NCBI GenBank assembly: GCA_046155535.1
Contig: JBJXFN010000131.1
Location: 6,699-70,698, forward strand
Source: Burkholderiales bacterium
GTDB taxonomy: Bacteria; Pseudomonadota; Gammaproteobacteria; Burkholderiales; JACQAP01
Direction of reading: 5' to 3'
Length of the DNA: 64,000 bases
The notes beneath the pieces were generated by a model that ran no database searches, had not been told where the DNA came from, and saw only the letters and a list, made by a program, of their open reading frames with translations. Below are positions 42,745 through 51,378 of the stretch, piece by piece (position 1 is the first letter of the stretch; each line of letters opens with the position of its first letter). The position numbers and the translations under genes are program-made.

Positions 42745-43472
42745 ACGTTTCCCAGGATCTTTCCTTCATCACCCTGATCGGCAATGCCAGTGTCCTGGTT
42801 CAACTGGTCATGGGACTGTTATTGGTGATTTCCCTGATATCGTGGTGGTTTATTTTTCGAAAGACGTTCGTGGTCCGGGACGCAAATCGGCGCACCGACC
42901 AATTCGAGCGTAACTTCTGGAGTGGTGCGGATCTGGGCATCCTGTTCCAGGCTGCCGCGGCCGGCCGTCATCAGGCGGCCAGCATGGAACGCATCTTCGA
43001 ATCCGGATTTCGCGAGTTTGTCAAAGTACGCAAACAGACGGGCACCAGTCTCGCGGTGCTGATGGACGGAACCCGGCGCGCGATGCGAGCAACCTATCAG
43101 AGAGAACTCGACCATCTGGAATCTCACCTCTCGTTTCTGGCGACGGTGGGGTCCGTCAGTCCCTATGTTGGTTTGTTTGGGACCGTATGGGGAATCATGA
43201 ATGCCTTCCGAGGACTGGCCAATGTCGGCCAGGCCACGCTGGCGCATGTGGCGCCAGGGATTGCCGAGGCGCTGGTGGCGACGGCGATGGGCCTGTTTGC
43301 GGCAATTCCCGCGGTGATCGCCTACAACCACTTTGTACGGCATATTGAGCGCTTGTCCACGCGATTCGAGAGTTTCATGGAGGAATTCTCCAACATCCTC
43401 CAGCGCCAGGCCAATTCAGCGACCCAGATGGCGGCCACGCAGCCGGTGAATCTGGCGGCGACGGGTTCCTGA
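42741..43472 (+). CDS. tolQ: Tol-Pal system protein TolQ
   Basis: MotA/TolQ/ExbB family with three TM segments and the GLFGTVWGIM motif. Confidence 0.92.
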   Translation: MNVSQDLSFITLIGNASVLVQLVMGLLLVISLISWWFIFRKTFVVRDANRRTDQFERNFWSGADLGILFQAAAAGRHQAASMERIFESGFREFVKVRKQTGTSLAVLMDGTRRAMRATYQRELDHLESHLSFLATVGSVSPYVGLFGTVWGIMNAFRGLANVGQATLAHVAPGIAEALVATAMGLFAAIPAVIAYNHFVRHIERLSTRFESFMEEFSNILQRQANSATQMAATQPVNLAATGS

Positions 43473-43476
43473 AGAC

Positions 43477-43893
43477 ATGCCGCGACGCCACGCCCGCCTG
43501 ATGAATCAGATCAACGTCGTGCCGTACATCGACGTGATGCTGGTACTGCTGGTCATTTTCATGGTGACTGCGCCGCTCATGAATCCCGGCGTGGTGGATT
43601 TGCCGAGTATCGGCAAGACTTCCGCCCCGCCAGCGCAGCCCATCGAAATCACCATTCGCGAAGGCGGAAAGCTGTCGATGACCGACCGTGAGGTCGGCGC
43701 TGCAGAGCGCCCGGTCAGCCGTGACGAGTTGGTTGCCTTGATCAAGGGAAAACAGGCGAAGAAACCAGACCAGCCGGTGGTGATTTCGGCAGACAAGGAC
43801 GTCAAGTACGAAGTTGTGATGCAGGTGATGGATCTGTTGCAACAAAACCGCGTCAAGCGAGTCGGCCTCTTGGCGAAACCGCGTTCGGGATGA
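43477..43893 (+). CDS. tolR: Tol-Pal system protein TolR
   Basis: ExbD/TolR family. INVVPYIDVMLVLLVIFM with the conserved Asp. Confidence 0.9.
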   Translation: MPRRHARLMNQINVVPYIDVMLVLLVIFMVTAPLMNPGVVDLPSIGKTSAPPAQPIEITIREGGKLSMTDREVGAAERPVSRDELVALIKGKQAKKPDQPVVISADKDVKYEVVMQVMDLLQQNRVKRVGLLAKPRSG

Positions 43894-44834
43894 CCATGTA
43901 TACCGTGAATGATCCCGGCCGGTTTGCATCGGGTGTCATGGCGTTCTCGGTGCATGTGATTTTTTTTGGCTTGCTTTTTTTTGGTGTGAGCTGGCAAAAA
44001 AAACCGGTCGGACCGGTGTTGGTGGAGCTCTGGGGAGAGTTGCCGGAGCCGGAACGTCGCCCGGCCGTCATCGAGCCTCAAGCGGCAAGACCGCTGCCGG
44101 AAATAAAAAAGCAACTGCCGCCCCCTCCGCCTCCGCCGCGCACGCCAATAGAAGTTGCGCCGCCCAAACCGACGGCTGCGGAAATCGAATTGAAGGAAAA
44201 ACGACGCCTGCAAAAAGAAGAACAAGCGCGTCTGCAGGAAGAGCGCAAGCAGGCGGAAGCGGAGAAACGCCGGCTGGAAGAGGAAAAGCGCCATGAGGCC
44301 GACGCGCAACGGCGCGCCGAGTCGGAACAAAAACTGCTTCGCCAGGAGCGCGAACGGGAAGAAGCCGAGGCTCGCCGTGTGGAGGAGAAAAGACGGGCCG
44401 AAGAGCAGGAATTGAAGCGCGAGCTGGAACGCAAGGAACGTGCGGCAGCACTGGAGCGCGAACAACGGAAACTCGACGCGATCCGAAAACAAAAGGAGGC
44501 AGAAGAGGCGCGCAACCGGGCGGACAGTGCCGAGCGTGCTGCCCATGCCAAGAAGATCTCCGAGTTCGTGGACAAGATCATGGTAAAAATTCGCAGCCGG
44601 GTTGTCATGCCGCCCAATATTGATGGCAATCCCGAGGCTCGGTTCGACGTCGTGCTGCTTCCCGGAGGCGAAGTGCTCAGTGCCACACTGACAAAAACGA
44701 GCGGCAGCGCCGCCTATGATGCCGCGGTGGAAAGGGCCATTCATGCGGCCCAACCGCTTCCCGTCCCATCGGAATCCGAATTGTTCCAGGACAATTTTCG
44801 CGAATTATCCTTGTTGTTCCGTCCTAAAGATTGA
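43890..44834 (+). CDS. tolA: Tol-Pal system protein TolA
   Basis: N-terminal TM, a long Glu/Lys/Arg/Ala-rich helical domain and a C-terminal TolA/TonB-like domain. ATGA overlap with tolR. Confidence 0.88.
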   Translation: MTMYTVNDPGRFASGVMAFSVHVIFFGLLFFGVSWQKKPVGPVLVELWGELPEPERRPAVIEPQAARPLPEIKKQLPPPPPPPRTPIEVAPPKPTAAEIELKEKRRLQKEEQARLQEERKQAEAEKRRLEEEKRHEADAQRRAESEQKLLRQEREREEAEARRVEEKRRAEEQELKRELERKERAAALEREQRKLDAIRKQKEAEEARNRADSAERAAHAKKISEFVDKIMVKIRSRVVMPPNIDGNPEARFDVVLLPGGEVLSATLTKTSGSAAYDAAVERAIHAAQPLPVPSESELFQDNFRELSLLFRPKD

Positions 44835-44842
44835 TTGACTGA

Positions 44843-46168
44843 ATGGGTGCACAAAGGCGACTGATGACCACACACACTGCCAAGTTGGGCTTTGCGTTTT
44901 TTGGAATTTTGATGGGCTTGATTGGTGCCGGCGCCGCGGCTGCGCCGTTGACGATTGAAATTATCGGCGGCGGGGCCAACCAGGCGCCGATTACGATTCT
45001 GCCGCTCGTTGGAGAAGACCGTTACATCCAACGCGTCAGCCAGATCGTTTCGGCCGATTTGCAAAGAAGTGGCCTGTTCAAGCTCGGATCGGTGGGTAGT
45101 GTGCGCCCGTTTCCCGCGGAACCTAAAGATATCAACTACCGCTACTGGAAAAACGAAGGTGCGGAGTCCCTGGTGATCGGCAGCATTCAGGAGAAAGGCG
45201 ACGGCCACGTCGAGGTGCGTTTCCGGCTGATGGACGTTGCCAGGCAATCGCAGGTGCTGGGATTCTCCTATACCGTCACTGTTTCCCAGCTGCGTGCAAC
45301 CGCCCACAAGATCGCCGATCTGATTCATGAAAAGCTCATCGGTGAACCCGGCGTCTTCGCCACCAAAATCTGCTTTGTGACAAAGACTGCAGAGCGCTTT
45401 GAACTGCAGGTTTCCGATGCCGACGGACAGTCGGCCGACTTCATCCTTGCACACAAGGAGCCGATCATCTCGCCTCAGTGGTCGCCGGATGGCACGCGCA
45501 TCGCGTATGTCTCGTTCGAACGGCGCAAGCCCATCGTATTTGTCCACAATCTGGTCAATGGCACCCGTAGCATCGTGGCCAACTATGAGGGTTCCAATTC
45601 GGCGCCGGCCTGGTCGCCGGGTGGCGACAAACTCTCGGTAGTGCTGACCAAGGACGGCACCTCGAACATCTACCTCATCAATGCCGATGGGACCGGATTG
45701 ACGCGCCTGACGACCTCCCAGGCGATCGATACGGAGCCCAGCTTTTCGCCTGACGGAAAGCACATCCTTTTCACGTCGGATCGCGCTGGCAGCCCGCAAA
45801 TTTACCGCATGCGTGCAGATGGCAGTGGAGAGGCCGAGCGCATGACATTCGAAGGCGCCTACAATGTGACGCCGCGTTACAGCCCCGACGGCAAACACTT
45901 CATTTTCATTCATCGCAACGAGGGAAAATTCAACGTTGCCATGTTGGATATTAATTCCAGGCAGATGCAGATTCTGACTTCCGGGAATCTGGACCAATCG
46001 CCGACTTTTGCGCCCAACGGCAAGATCATCCTGTATGCGTCGGAGGTGAAAGGCCGTGGTATATTAGCCGCCGTTTCGAGCGATGGACGGATCAAGCAAA
46101 GGATTACGGTACAGTCTGGCGACATACGCGAGCCAGCTTGGGGACCTCTGTCCAACAATCGTCGATAA
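44843..46168 (+). CDS. tolB: Tol-Pal system beta-propeller protein TolB
   Basis: 441 aa with a signal peptide and repeated PxWSPDG propeller motifs. Confidence 0.93.
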   Translation: MGAQRRLMTTHTAKLGFAFFGILMGLIGAGAAAAPLTIEIIGGGANQAPITILPLVGEDRYIQRVSQIVSADLQRSGLFKLGSVGSVRPFPAEPKDINYRYWKNEGAESLVIGSIQEKGDGHVEVRFRLMDVARQSQVLGFSYTVTVSQLRATAHKIADLIHEKLIGEPGVFATKICFVTKTAERFELQVSDADGQSADFILAHKEPIISPQWSPDGTRIAYVSFERRKPIVFVHNLVNGTRSIVANYEGSNSAPAWSPGGDKLSVVLTKDGTSNIYLINADGTGLTRLTTSQAIDTEPSFSPDGKHILFTSDRAGSPQIYRMRADGSGEAERMTFEGAYNVTPRYSPDGKHFIFIHRNEGKFNVAMLDINSRQMQILTSGNLDQSPTFAPNGKIILYASEVKGRGILAAVSSDGRIKQRITVQSGDIREPAWGPLSNNRR

Positions 46169-46182
46169 GGGAGTTTCGAGTG

Positions 46183-46851
46183 ATGAGAATTCAATTCATT
46201 CTTCTGGTTCTGAGTCTGGTCGTTGGAGGTTGTGCGACACAAGGGCAGAAGACCGCCGACATTGAGGATCGCACGCTGAGCGAACAGCAGGCTGCGCAAA
46301 GCAAGCAGCAGGACGAGGCGCAAAAACAGCAGGAAGCAGATCGCCAGGCGAAAATCGCAAAGGAGAAGGAAGAGTCGAGCCGACTGCTGGAAGAACAGCG
46401 CCGCCGCCAAGCCGATCAACCTATTGTGAAGCCCTTGCCGGATGGAGGGGTGGGCGAGTCCCAATTGAAAGGGGATGCCTGGGCGCAACTCAAGCAGACT
46501 GGCAGTCCTTTGTCCCAGCGCAGCATCTATTTCGACTACGACCGTTATGACATCAAGGAAGAATTCGTTCCGATCGTCGGCGCGCATGCAAAATTTCTCG
46601 AGGACAATGCCGCCGTGCGCGTGACCATTCAGGGAAATTGTGATGATCGTGGCAGCCGGGAATACAATCTGGCGCTTGGCCAGCGACGCGCCGACGGCGT
46701 AAAGCGCGCAATGGTCCTGCTGGGGGTCCGGGACAAACAGATCGAGTCGGTCAGTTTCGGTGCCGAAAAGCCGGTGGCGCTCGGGCAGGACGAGGAAAGT
46801 TGGGCGAAAAACCGGCGAAGCGACATCGTCTACCCGGGTGAGCCGAAATAA
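46183..46851 (+). CDS. pal: peptidoglycan-associated lipoprotein Pal, with extended charged linker
   Basis: ATG at 46183, lipobox VGGC. OmpA-like C-terminal domain (GNCDDRGSREYNLALGQRRA, NRRSDIV). About 50 aa of Gln/Glu/Lys-rich spacer follow the lipid anchor. Confidence 0.88.
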   Translation: MRIQFILLVLSLVVGGCATQGQKTADIEDRTLSEQQAAQSKQQDEAQKQQEADRQAKIAKEKEESSRLLEEQRRRQADQPIVKPLPDGGVGESQLKGDAWAQLKQTGSPLSQRSIYFDYDRYDIKEEFVPIVGAHAKFLEDNAAVRVTIQGNCDDRGSREYNLALGQRRADGVKRAMVLLGVRDKQIESVSFGAEKPVALGQDEESWAKNRRSDIVYPGEPK

Positions 46852-46916
46852 ATTGAACCGCCCGGGGCGAAATCTGCGCGCTGAACTCGGTAGAGGTCGC
46901 CGCCGCAATACTAGAG

Positions 46917-46939
46917 AAGGGCAGCCGATGGCTGCCCTT
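46917..46939 (+). terminator. hairpin between the two pal genes (possible weak terminator or attenuator)
   Basis: 10-bp stem aagggcagcc/ggctgccctt with a 3-nt loop. Only a short T run follows. Confidence 0.4.
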
Positions 46940-47034
46940 TGTCCATTCTCAGGCGCCGGATTTGCTGTTGAGACCGACGCTGTCCATCGCCAAGATCGCT
47001 GAGAATTTGTGAATCATTCAGAAAGGGTGCTCAG

Positions 47035-48003
47035 ATGAAACGGATCTGGATTCTGCTCATTGCCGCAATATGGCTGGCAGGCTGCGCAACGGCTACCAAA
47101 CAGTCGGCCAGCATCGAGGATCGCGAAGTGCTTGATGCCGCCGCAATGCAGAAAAGGCAGGAACAAGCGGCGGCGCAACGACAGCGTGACGAAGCCGAAG
47201 TTGCCAAGCGTGCCGCTGACGAGGCCGAGCGCCAGCGCGTGGAACTGGAACGAATCGACCGAGAGCAGAAAATCGCGCGGCAAATGGAAGAATACAGGGT
47301 CCGACAACAGGAGGAGGAACAGGCGCGGCGTCAGGCGGAAGAAAGCCGGCTGCGCGCCGAGGAGGCAACCAGGCGGGAAACGGAGGCCGCGCAACGACTG
47401 GCGCAGGAGCAACGCCTTCAGGAGGAACAAAATCGGCTGGCCAAGGAACTGGAAGATTTTCGGCGGGAACTGGATGCCCAACGTACTCGTGATCAGGAAA
47501 AAACCGATGGTCAGCGCGAAAAATCGCGATTGACGGAGGATTCTGCGGCTGTGCGCAACCCCGGGGGGGAGGCCATTGTTGGCGGCGCGGCGGGTGATAC
47601 CGCCATTGTCGGCCGTCCCGAAAGCGAAGTCTGGGGACAACTCAAGGATGCATCAAGCCTGCTTGGAAAGCGCAGCGTCTATTTCGCGTATGACCAATTT
47701 GTCATCGATGAACAACAACTGCCCATTATCGAGGCGCATGCCAAGTTCCTCATCGCGAACAAGGCATTGTCCATTGTGATCGAAGGCAATTGTGATGATC
47801 GTGGCAGCCGCGAATACAACTTGTCACTCGGCTCCAAGCGGGCAGAGAGCGTTCGGCGCGTCATGCTGGCACTTGGCGTGACGGGGTCGCAACTGCGCAC
47901 AGTCAGCTTTGGCTCGGAAAAACCCGTAGCGCTGGGCCAGGACGAAGAGAGCCATGCAAAGAATCGTCGCAGTGACATCGTGTATCCGGATGAGCCGCAA
48001 TGA
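47035..48003 (+). CDS. second Pal-like OmpA-domain lipoprotein with a ~150-aa charged coiled-coil/helical spacer
   Basis: Lipobox LAGC. The C-terminal domain is paralogous to Pal (GNCDDRGSREYNLSLGSKRA, NRRSDIVYP) and shares an identical 23-nt stretch with pal. Has a long Glu/Arg/Gln/Ala-rich middle region. Confidence 0.85.
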   Translation: MKRIWILLIAAIWLAGCATATKQSASIEDREVLDAAAMQKRQEQAAAQRQRDEAEVAKRAADEAERQRVELERIDREQKIARQMEEYRVRQQEEEQARRQAEESRLRAEEATRRETEAAQRLAQEQRLQEEQNRLAKELEDFRRELDAQRTRDQEKTDGQREKSRLTEDSAAVRNPGGEAIVGGAAGDTAIVGRPESEVWGQLKDASSLLGKRSVYFAYDQFVIDEQQLPIIEAHAKFLIANKALSIVIEGNCDDRGSREYNLSLGSKRAESVRRVMLALGVTGSQLRTVSFGSEKPVALGQDEESHAKNRRSDIVYPDEPQ

Positions 48004-48056
48004 AATGCCTTGGAGGATTGCGGTCTGTCTGATTCGAGTGACGAAGGAGTGTATCA

Positions 48057-49277
48057 ATGAAAAATCGCCCCGCACTTAGGAGCGCAATTCTCCCAGTGTA
48101 TTTTGTCTTCGTGGGTCTGGGTCTTGATGGGCAGAATGCCTTTGCTGCCGGCGATCCAGTCGCAGCTCCCTCCGCGACGCGGGATGCTCCATCCGGGGGA
48201 GACATGCAGGGTCGCGTCCGATCCCTGGAATCCTGGCGTGTGGCAATGCAGGACACTACGGCGATTCTGGAAACTCGTTATGCGGGATTGAGCCGCCTGC
48301 AGACGGAAATCAGAAATTCCCTGGTGGCAGTGGTCGCCGAACAGGCGGTGCTGACCACCGATTGGAACAAGGCGCAAAGTCGCCAACAGGAAGTTTCCAC
48401 CAGAATTGCCGACGTGAGCAACCAGGTGCAGTTGCTGGCCCAGGCCCAACAGAAAACCGACGCAGCGGTTGTGCGCGTCGAAAAACAGTCGACGGATCGC
48501 AGCGGTGTGGTGCAATTGATGAACCAGGTCGATGCCCTGAATCTCGATGTGAACCGGTTGCGGGGACAAATAGAGGTGCTGAACAACGGCATGGAAAACG
48601 CGCAGAAGAGGCAGCGGGACATGTACGTGGATCTCGACACGCGGCTGCGCCGGATGGAAGGGCAGGTGACGACCTCGAAGAAGGAAGCGGACGTCATTGC
48701 AGCGCTGGAAGCACGCATTCGGCAACTGGAACAGAATCTCAGCCAGGGGGGCGCCGCCGCAGCGGCGCAGGGCGTGGCGGTGGCTGCGCCGGGCGCAAAT
48801 GTTCCTGAAATGCCGGCCTCGAGTTCGACGCCGGCCACAGAGTCTGCAGCCCCAGCGGGATCCACCACCTTGCCGCCGGCGACGCTCAGCGGCGTGGATC
48901 AGGCAGCGGTGCAACGCAGTTACGACAACGCGCTGAGCAATTTCCGCATTGGAGATTACCATGCGGCAATCAAGGGTTTCGATAGCCTGTTCAAGGCGCA
49001 TCCCAAACATTCCCTGGCGCCCAATGCGTTGTACTGGATCGGAGAGTGTCACTTTCAGCTTAAGGATTATCGCGGCGCCATCGATTCGCACCGACGCTTG
49101 CTGGGTGCCTTTCCAGACAGCAACAAGGCGCCAGACGCCATGTTGATCATCGGTACAGCCGAAACCAGCCTGGGAGACAATGCGGCAGCAAAGAAGACAT
49201 TGGAGGAATTGATCGCCAGATATCCGACGAGCGACTCTGCCGAGAAAGCAAAAGGGCGGCTGGCCAAGCTCAAGTAG
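48057..49277 (+). CDS. cpoB: Tol-Pal system protein CpoB/YbgF (elongated N-terminal coiled coil)
   Basis: Signal peptide, the coiled-coil segment LRGQIEVLNNGMENAQKRQRDMYVDLDTRL and C-terminal TPR repeats. 406 aa. Confidence 0.85.
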   Translation: MKNRPALRSAILPVYFVFVGLGLDGQNAFAAGDPVAAPSATRDAPSGGDMQGRVRSLESWRVAMQDTTAILETRYAGLSRLQTEIRNSLVAVVAEQAVLTTDWNKAQSRQQEVSTRIADVSNQVQLLAQAQQKTDAAVVRVEKQSTDRSGVVQLMNQVDALNLDVNRLRGQIEVLNNGMENAQKRQRDMYVDLDTRLRRMEGQVTTSKKEADVIAALEARIRQLEQNLSQGGAAAAAQGVAVAAPGANVPEMPASSSTPATESAAPAGSTTLPPATLSGVDQAAVQRSYDNALSNFRIGDYHAAIKGFDSLFKAHPKHSLAPNALYWIGECHFQLKDYRGAIDSHRRLLGAFPDSNKAPDAMLIIGTAETSLGDNAAAKKTLEELIARYPTSDSAEKAKGRLAKLK

Positions 49278-49403
49278 GCCGTACTGTCTCCGGGAAGACA
49301 TCCACAGCTGGCGAAGACCTGTTATTCGCGACACCGGTGAGGGCGGTGTCGTTCAGTTCGCGTTGGCACTGGACGATGGTCAAATGCCCGGAACAAGCAT
49401 TGT

Positions 49404-49433
49404 TTGACGCCTTTCTCTTAGCGCAAGTAAAAT
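49404..49433 (+). promoter_or_regulatory. candidate sigma-70 promoter of tRNA-Lys(UUU)
   Basis: TTGACG, 18-nt spacer, TAAAAT. The -10 element ends 15 nt before the mature tRNA 5' end. Confidence 0.55.
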
Positions 49434-49447
49434 GCGCCTCTTTTTTT

Positions 49448-49523
49448 GGGCGGTTAGCTCAGTCGGTAGAGCAGCGGACTTTTAATCCGTTGGTCGCGAG
49501 TTCAAATCTCGCACCGCCTACCA
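49448..49523 (+). tRNA. tRNA-Lys (anticodon UUU)
   Basis: Manual cloverleaf: acceptor gggcggt/accgcct, anticodon loop cTTTTaa, T arm gcgag-ttcaaat-ctcgc, encoded CCA. Confidence 0.9.
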
Positions 49524-49530
49524 GAATGTC

Positions 49531-49556
49531 AAAAGGCCGGCATTTGCCGGCCTTTT
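49531..49556. terminator. bidirectional intrinsic terminator
   Basis: Perfect palindrome aaaaggccggca/tgccggcctttt, flanked by an A run and a T run. Lies between tRNA-Lys (+) and the convergent orphan ORF (-). Confidence 0.8.
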
Positions 49557-49579
49557 ATCGTTGGGGAAATGCGCGACTT

Positions 49580-49870
49580 TCAGCGGTGCAATTCCTTCAT
49601 CACATTTTCGAAGTTTTCGTTTCTGACCATGAAGTGGATCGGAAGCGATTGCGTGGAAGCGCGCTCCAGAATGCCAAGGATCACGACGGACAGGTCCCGG
49701 TCGTTCTTTTTTTCCATCAGGTCGTCGGTAAAGTCGACCACGTGACGCATGCCGCCCAGACGCACGATGAACTCGTGGATCCCCTTCCCGGCGTGGTAGT
49801 CAATCTGTGCGTCTGAAAGGGTTTTGCCCAGTCGTTCCAGGACCGATGCTGCCTTGAATTCAGTCTTCAA
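49580..49870 (-). CDS. hypothetical 96-aa soluble protein (no family recognised)
   Basis: TTG start preceded by GAGGGAG at 5-nt spacing, and ends before the bidirectional terminator. The region looks more AT-rich than its neighbours. I recognise no motif. Confidence 0.5.
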   Translation of the reverse strand: MKTEFKAASVLERLGKTLSDAQIDYHAGKGIHEFIVRLGGMRHVVDFTDDLMEKKNDRDLSVVILGILERASTQSLPIHFMVRNENFENVMKELHR

Positions 49871-50141
49871 ATCCGCTCCCTCTCTTTCGTTTTCCGGGAT
49901 ATATTAGGCTAACGTTGCCGCAAACAGGAAACATACCCCGTTCCGCATGCGAGGTCTTGCACTTTCTTGGGAACAGGCATCGCGCAAGGGAAAATATGCA
50001 GGAATCGTTCCTGAAAGCGGCACACCGCCCGGACGTCGACCCTTGACGGCGGAGTGCCGGTCGTCCGACTCGTGCCATGGATCGGGAGCGGTTGATGCCG
50101 CATACAAAGTCGCGACAGTCGTGCCTGTCCCGAGTTTTTTT

Positions 50142-50150
50142 TGCTAGAAT
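50142..50150 (+). promoter_or_regulatory. candidate extended -10 promoter element of tRNA-Lys(CUU)
   Basis: TGcTAGAAT preceded by a T8 run. Ends 17 nt before the tRNA 5' end. No convincing -35 element. Confidence 0.45.
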
Positions 50151-50167
50151 CCGCCGCTCGAAACGGA

Positions 50168-50243
50168 GGGCTGTTAGCTCAGCTGGTAGAGCAGTGGACT
50201 CTTAATCCAACGGTCGAAGGTTCAAGTCCTTCACGGCCCACCA
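50168..50243 (+). tRNA. tRNA-Lys (anticodon CUU)
   Basis: Manual cloverleaf: acceptor gggctgt/acggccc, anticodon loop ctCTTaa, T arm gaagg-ttcaagt-ccttc, encoded CCA. Confidence 0.88.
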
Positions 50244-50258
50244 CGAAATCCCCGTGAC

Positions 50259-50278
50259 GGGGCGGCGATTGCCGCCCC
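50259..50278 (+). terminator. hairpin terminator after tRNA-Lys(CUU)
   Basis: 8-bp GC stem ggggcggc/gccgcccc with loop gatt, followed by a T-rich stretch (cattcgttttcttt). Confidence 0.6.
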
Positions 50279-50290
50279 CATTCGTTTTCT

Positions 50291-50479
50291 TTAATGCGCA
50301 AGCTGCTTGATCTGATCGTCGGAGAAATTTTTTGCCGCCAGTGAAATGAAGTCATTGGTTCGTGATCCGAAGCGATAGTCCTTCAGTCGTTTGACCAGAT
50401 AAGTGCTCTTTCGCTGCGAAAGCCTGGGGAATGCGTTCAATCCCTTGAACCCGGGCTGTTGGCAGGCGACACATTCCAA
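50291..50479 (-). pseudogene. relic of a class I (c4/c552-like) cytochrome c domain lacking heme ligands
   Basis: The 62-aa ORF aligns by eye to the pattern CxxCH...PxLAGQ..YL.KQLKDF..G.R.N..M......LSD.DI..LA. Here CXXCH reads CVACQ and the Met-ligand region reads NDFISL. There is no signal peptide, and only 11 nt separate it from a divergent gene. Confidence 0.5.
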
Positions 50480-50490
50480 TTCTTCCCAGG

Positions 50491-51336
50491 ATGTCCAATA
50501 CCATGTTGCATGATTTGCAAGACGTGCTGGCTTTTTACAGTAGCCACCCCATTTCGCACCGGCAGGTACTCGCCAGTCTGGCGTCGGCTCGGGGGGGGCT
50601 GGACAGCCTGCGACCGGAAGAACTTTTCGCCTACGACCAGGATCACTACGGCGGCACTGGCGCGGTGGAGGCCTTGGCCGCCAGGGCAGGCATCATGTCG
50701 GGGACGCTGGTGGCCGATTTTTGTGCAGGTTTGGCGGGGCCGGCGCGCTACCTTGCGCATCGATACGGAGCAAACGTTGTTTGTATCGAATTGAATCCCG
50801 ATCGCGCGCCGGGCGCGGCGGACCTGACGCGCCGGGTAGGACTGTCTGCGCGGGTGCAAGTCGTACGCGGGGACGTAATGCAGGTGCCTTTGGCCTCTGC
50901 CACGATGGATGCCGTGATCTCTCAGGAGGCGTTTTTGCATGTGCCGGATAAACGCCGCGCGTTTGCAGAAGCTTTTCGTGTATTAAAACCGGCAGGACGG
51001 TTTGCGCTGACCGACTGGATCTTGCATCAAGAATTGGCGCCATCCGATGCTGACCTGATGTGGCGAGGCATGGCCGTGCAGACTTTGCAAAGCGCCGAAA
51101 CCTATCGCCAGATGTTGCATCAATCGGGTTTTCGCAACGTCCAGGTCGAAGACCTGAGCGTCGAATGGTCGCGGATCCTCGAGGACCGATTTGCAATGTA
51201 TCGCCAATTACGCGAGGAAACGCACAAGCACGGCACGCCTAGCGGCAATCAGGCATTCTATGATTCCTATGCGCGTCTGGTAGCACTCATCCGGCAACGC
51301 GTCCTGGGCGGTGGCCGGTTTTGCGCGGAAAAATGA
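50491..51336 (+). CDS. class I SAM-dependent methyltransferase
   Basis: 281 aa with motif I-like VADFCAGLAGPARYL and post-I CIELN, an upstream DQDHYGG segment and LKPAGRFALTDW. Confidence 0.75.
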   Translation: MSNTMLHDLQDVLAFYSSHPISHRQVLASLASARGGLDSLRPEELFAYDQDHYGGTGAVEALAARAGIMSGTLVADFCAGLAGPARYLAHRYGANVVCIELNPDRAPGAADLTRRVGLSARVQVVRGDVMQVPLASATMDAVISQEAFLHVPDKRRAFAEAFRVLKPAGRFALTDWILHQELAPSDADLMWRGMAVQTLQSAETYRQMLHQSGFRNVQVEDLSVEWSRILEDRFAMYRQLREETHKHGTPSGNQAFYDSYARLVALIRQRVLGGGRFCAEK

Positions 51337-51378
51337 CGGGAACGAACAACAGGCCTGGGCAACCTCGGAGAACGAACA

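Noticed and set aside
50591-50598. G8 homopolymer inside the methyltransferase gene (and another at 60050..60057 in hemW), considered as phase-variation tracts.
   Set aside because: Both arise from consecutive GGG glycine codons. In hemW this is the conserved GGGTP motif. They are in-frame, in intact genes, with no other contingency-locus features.
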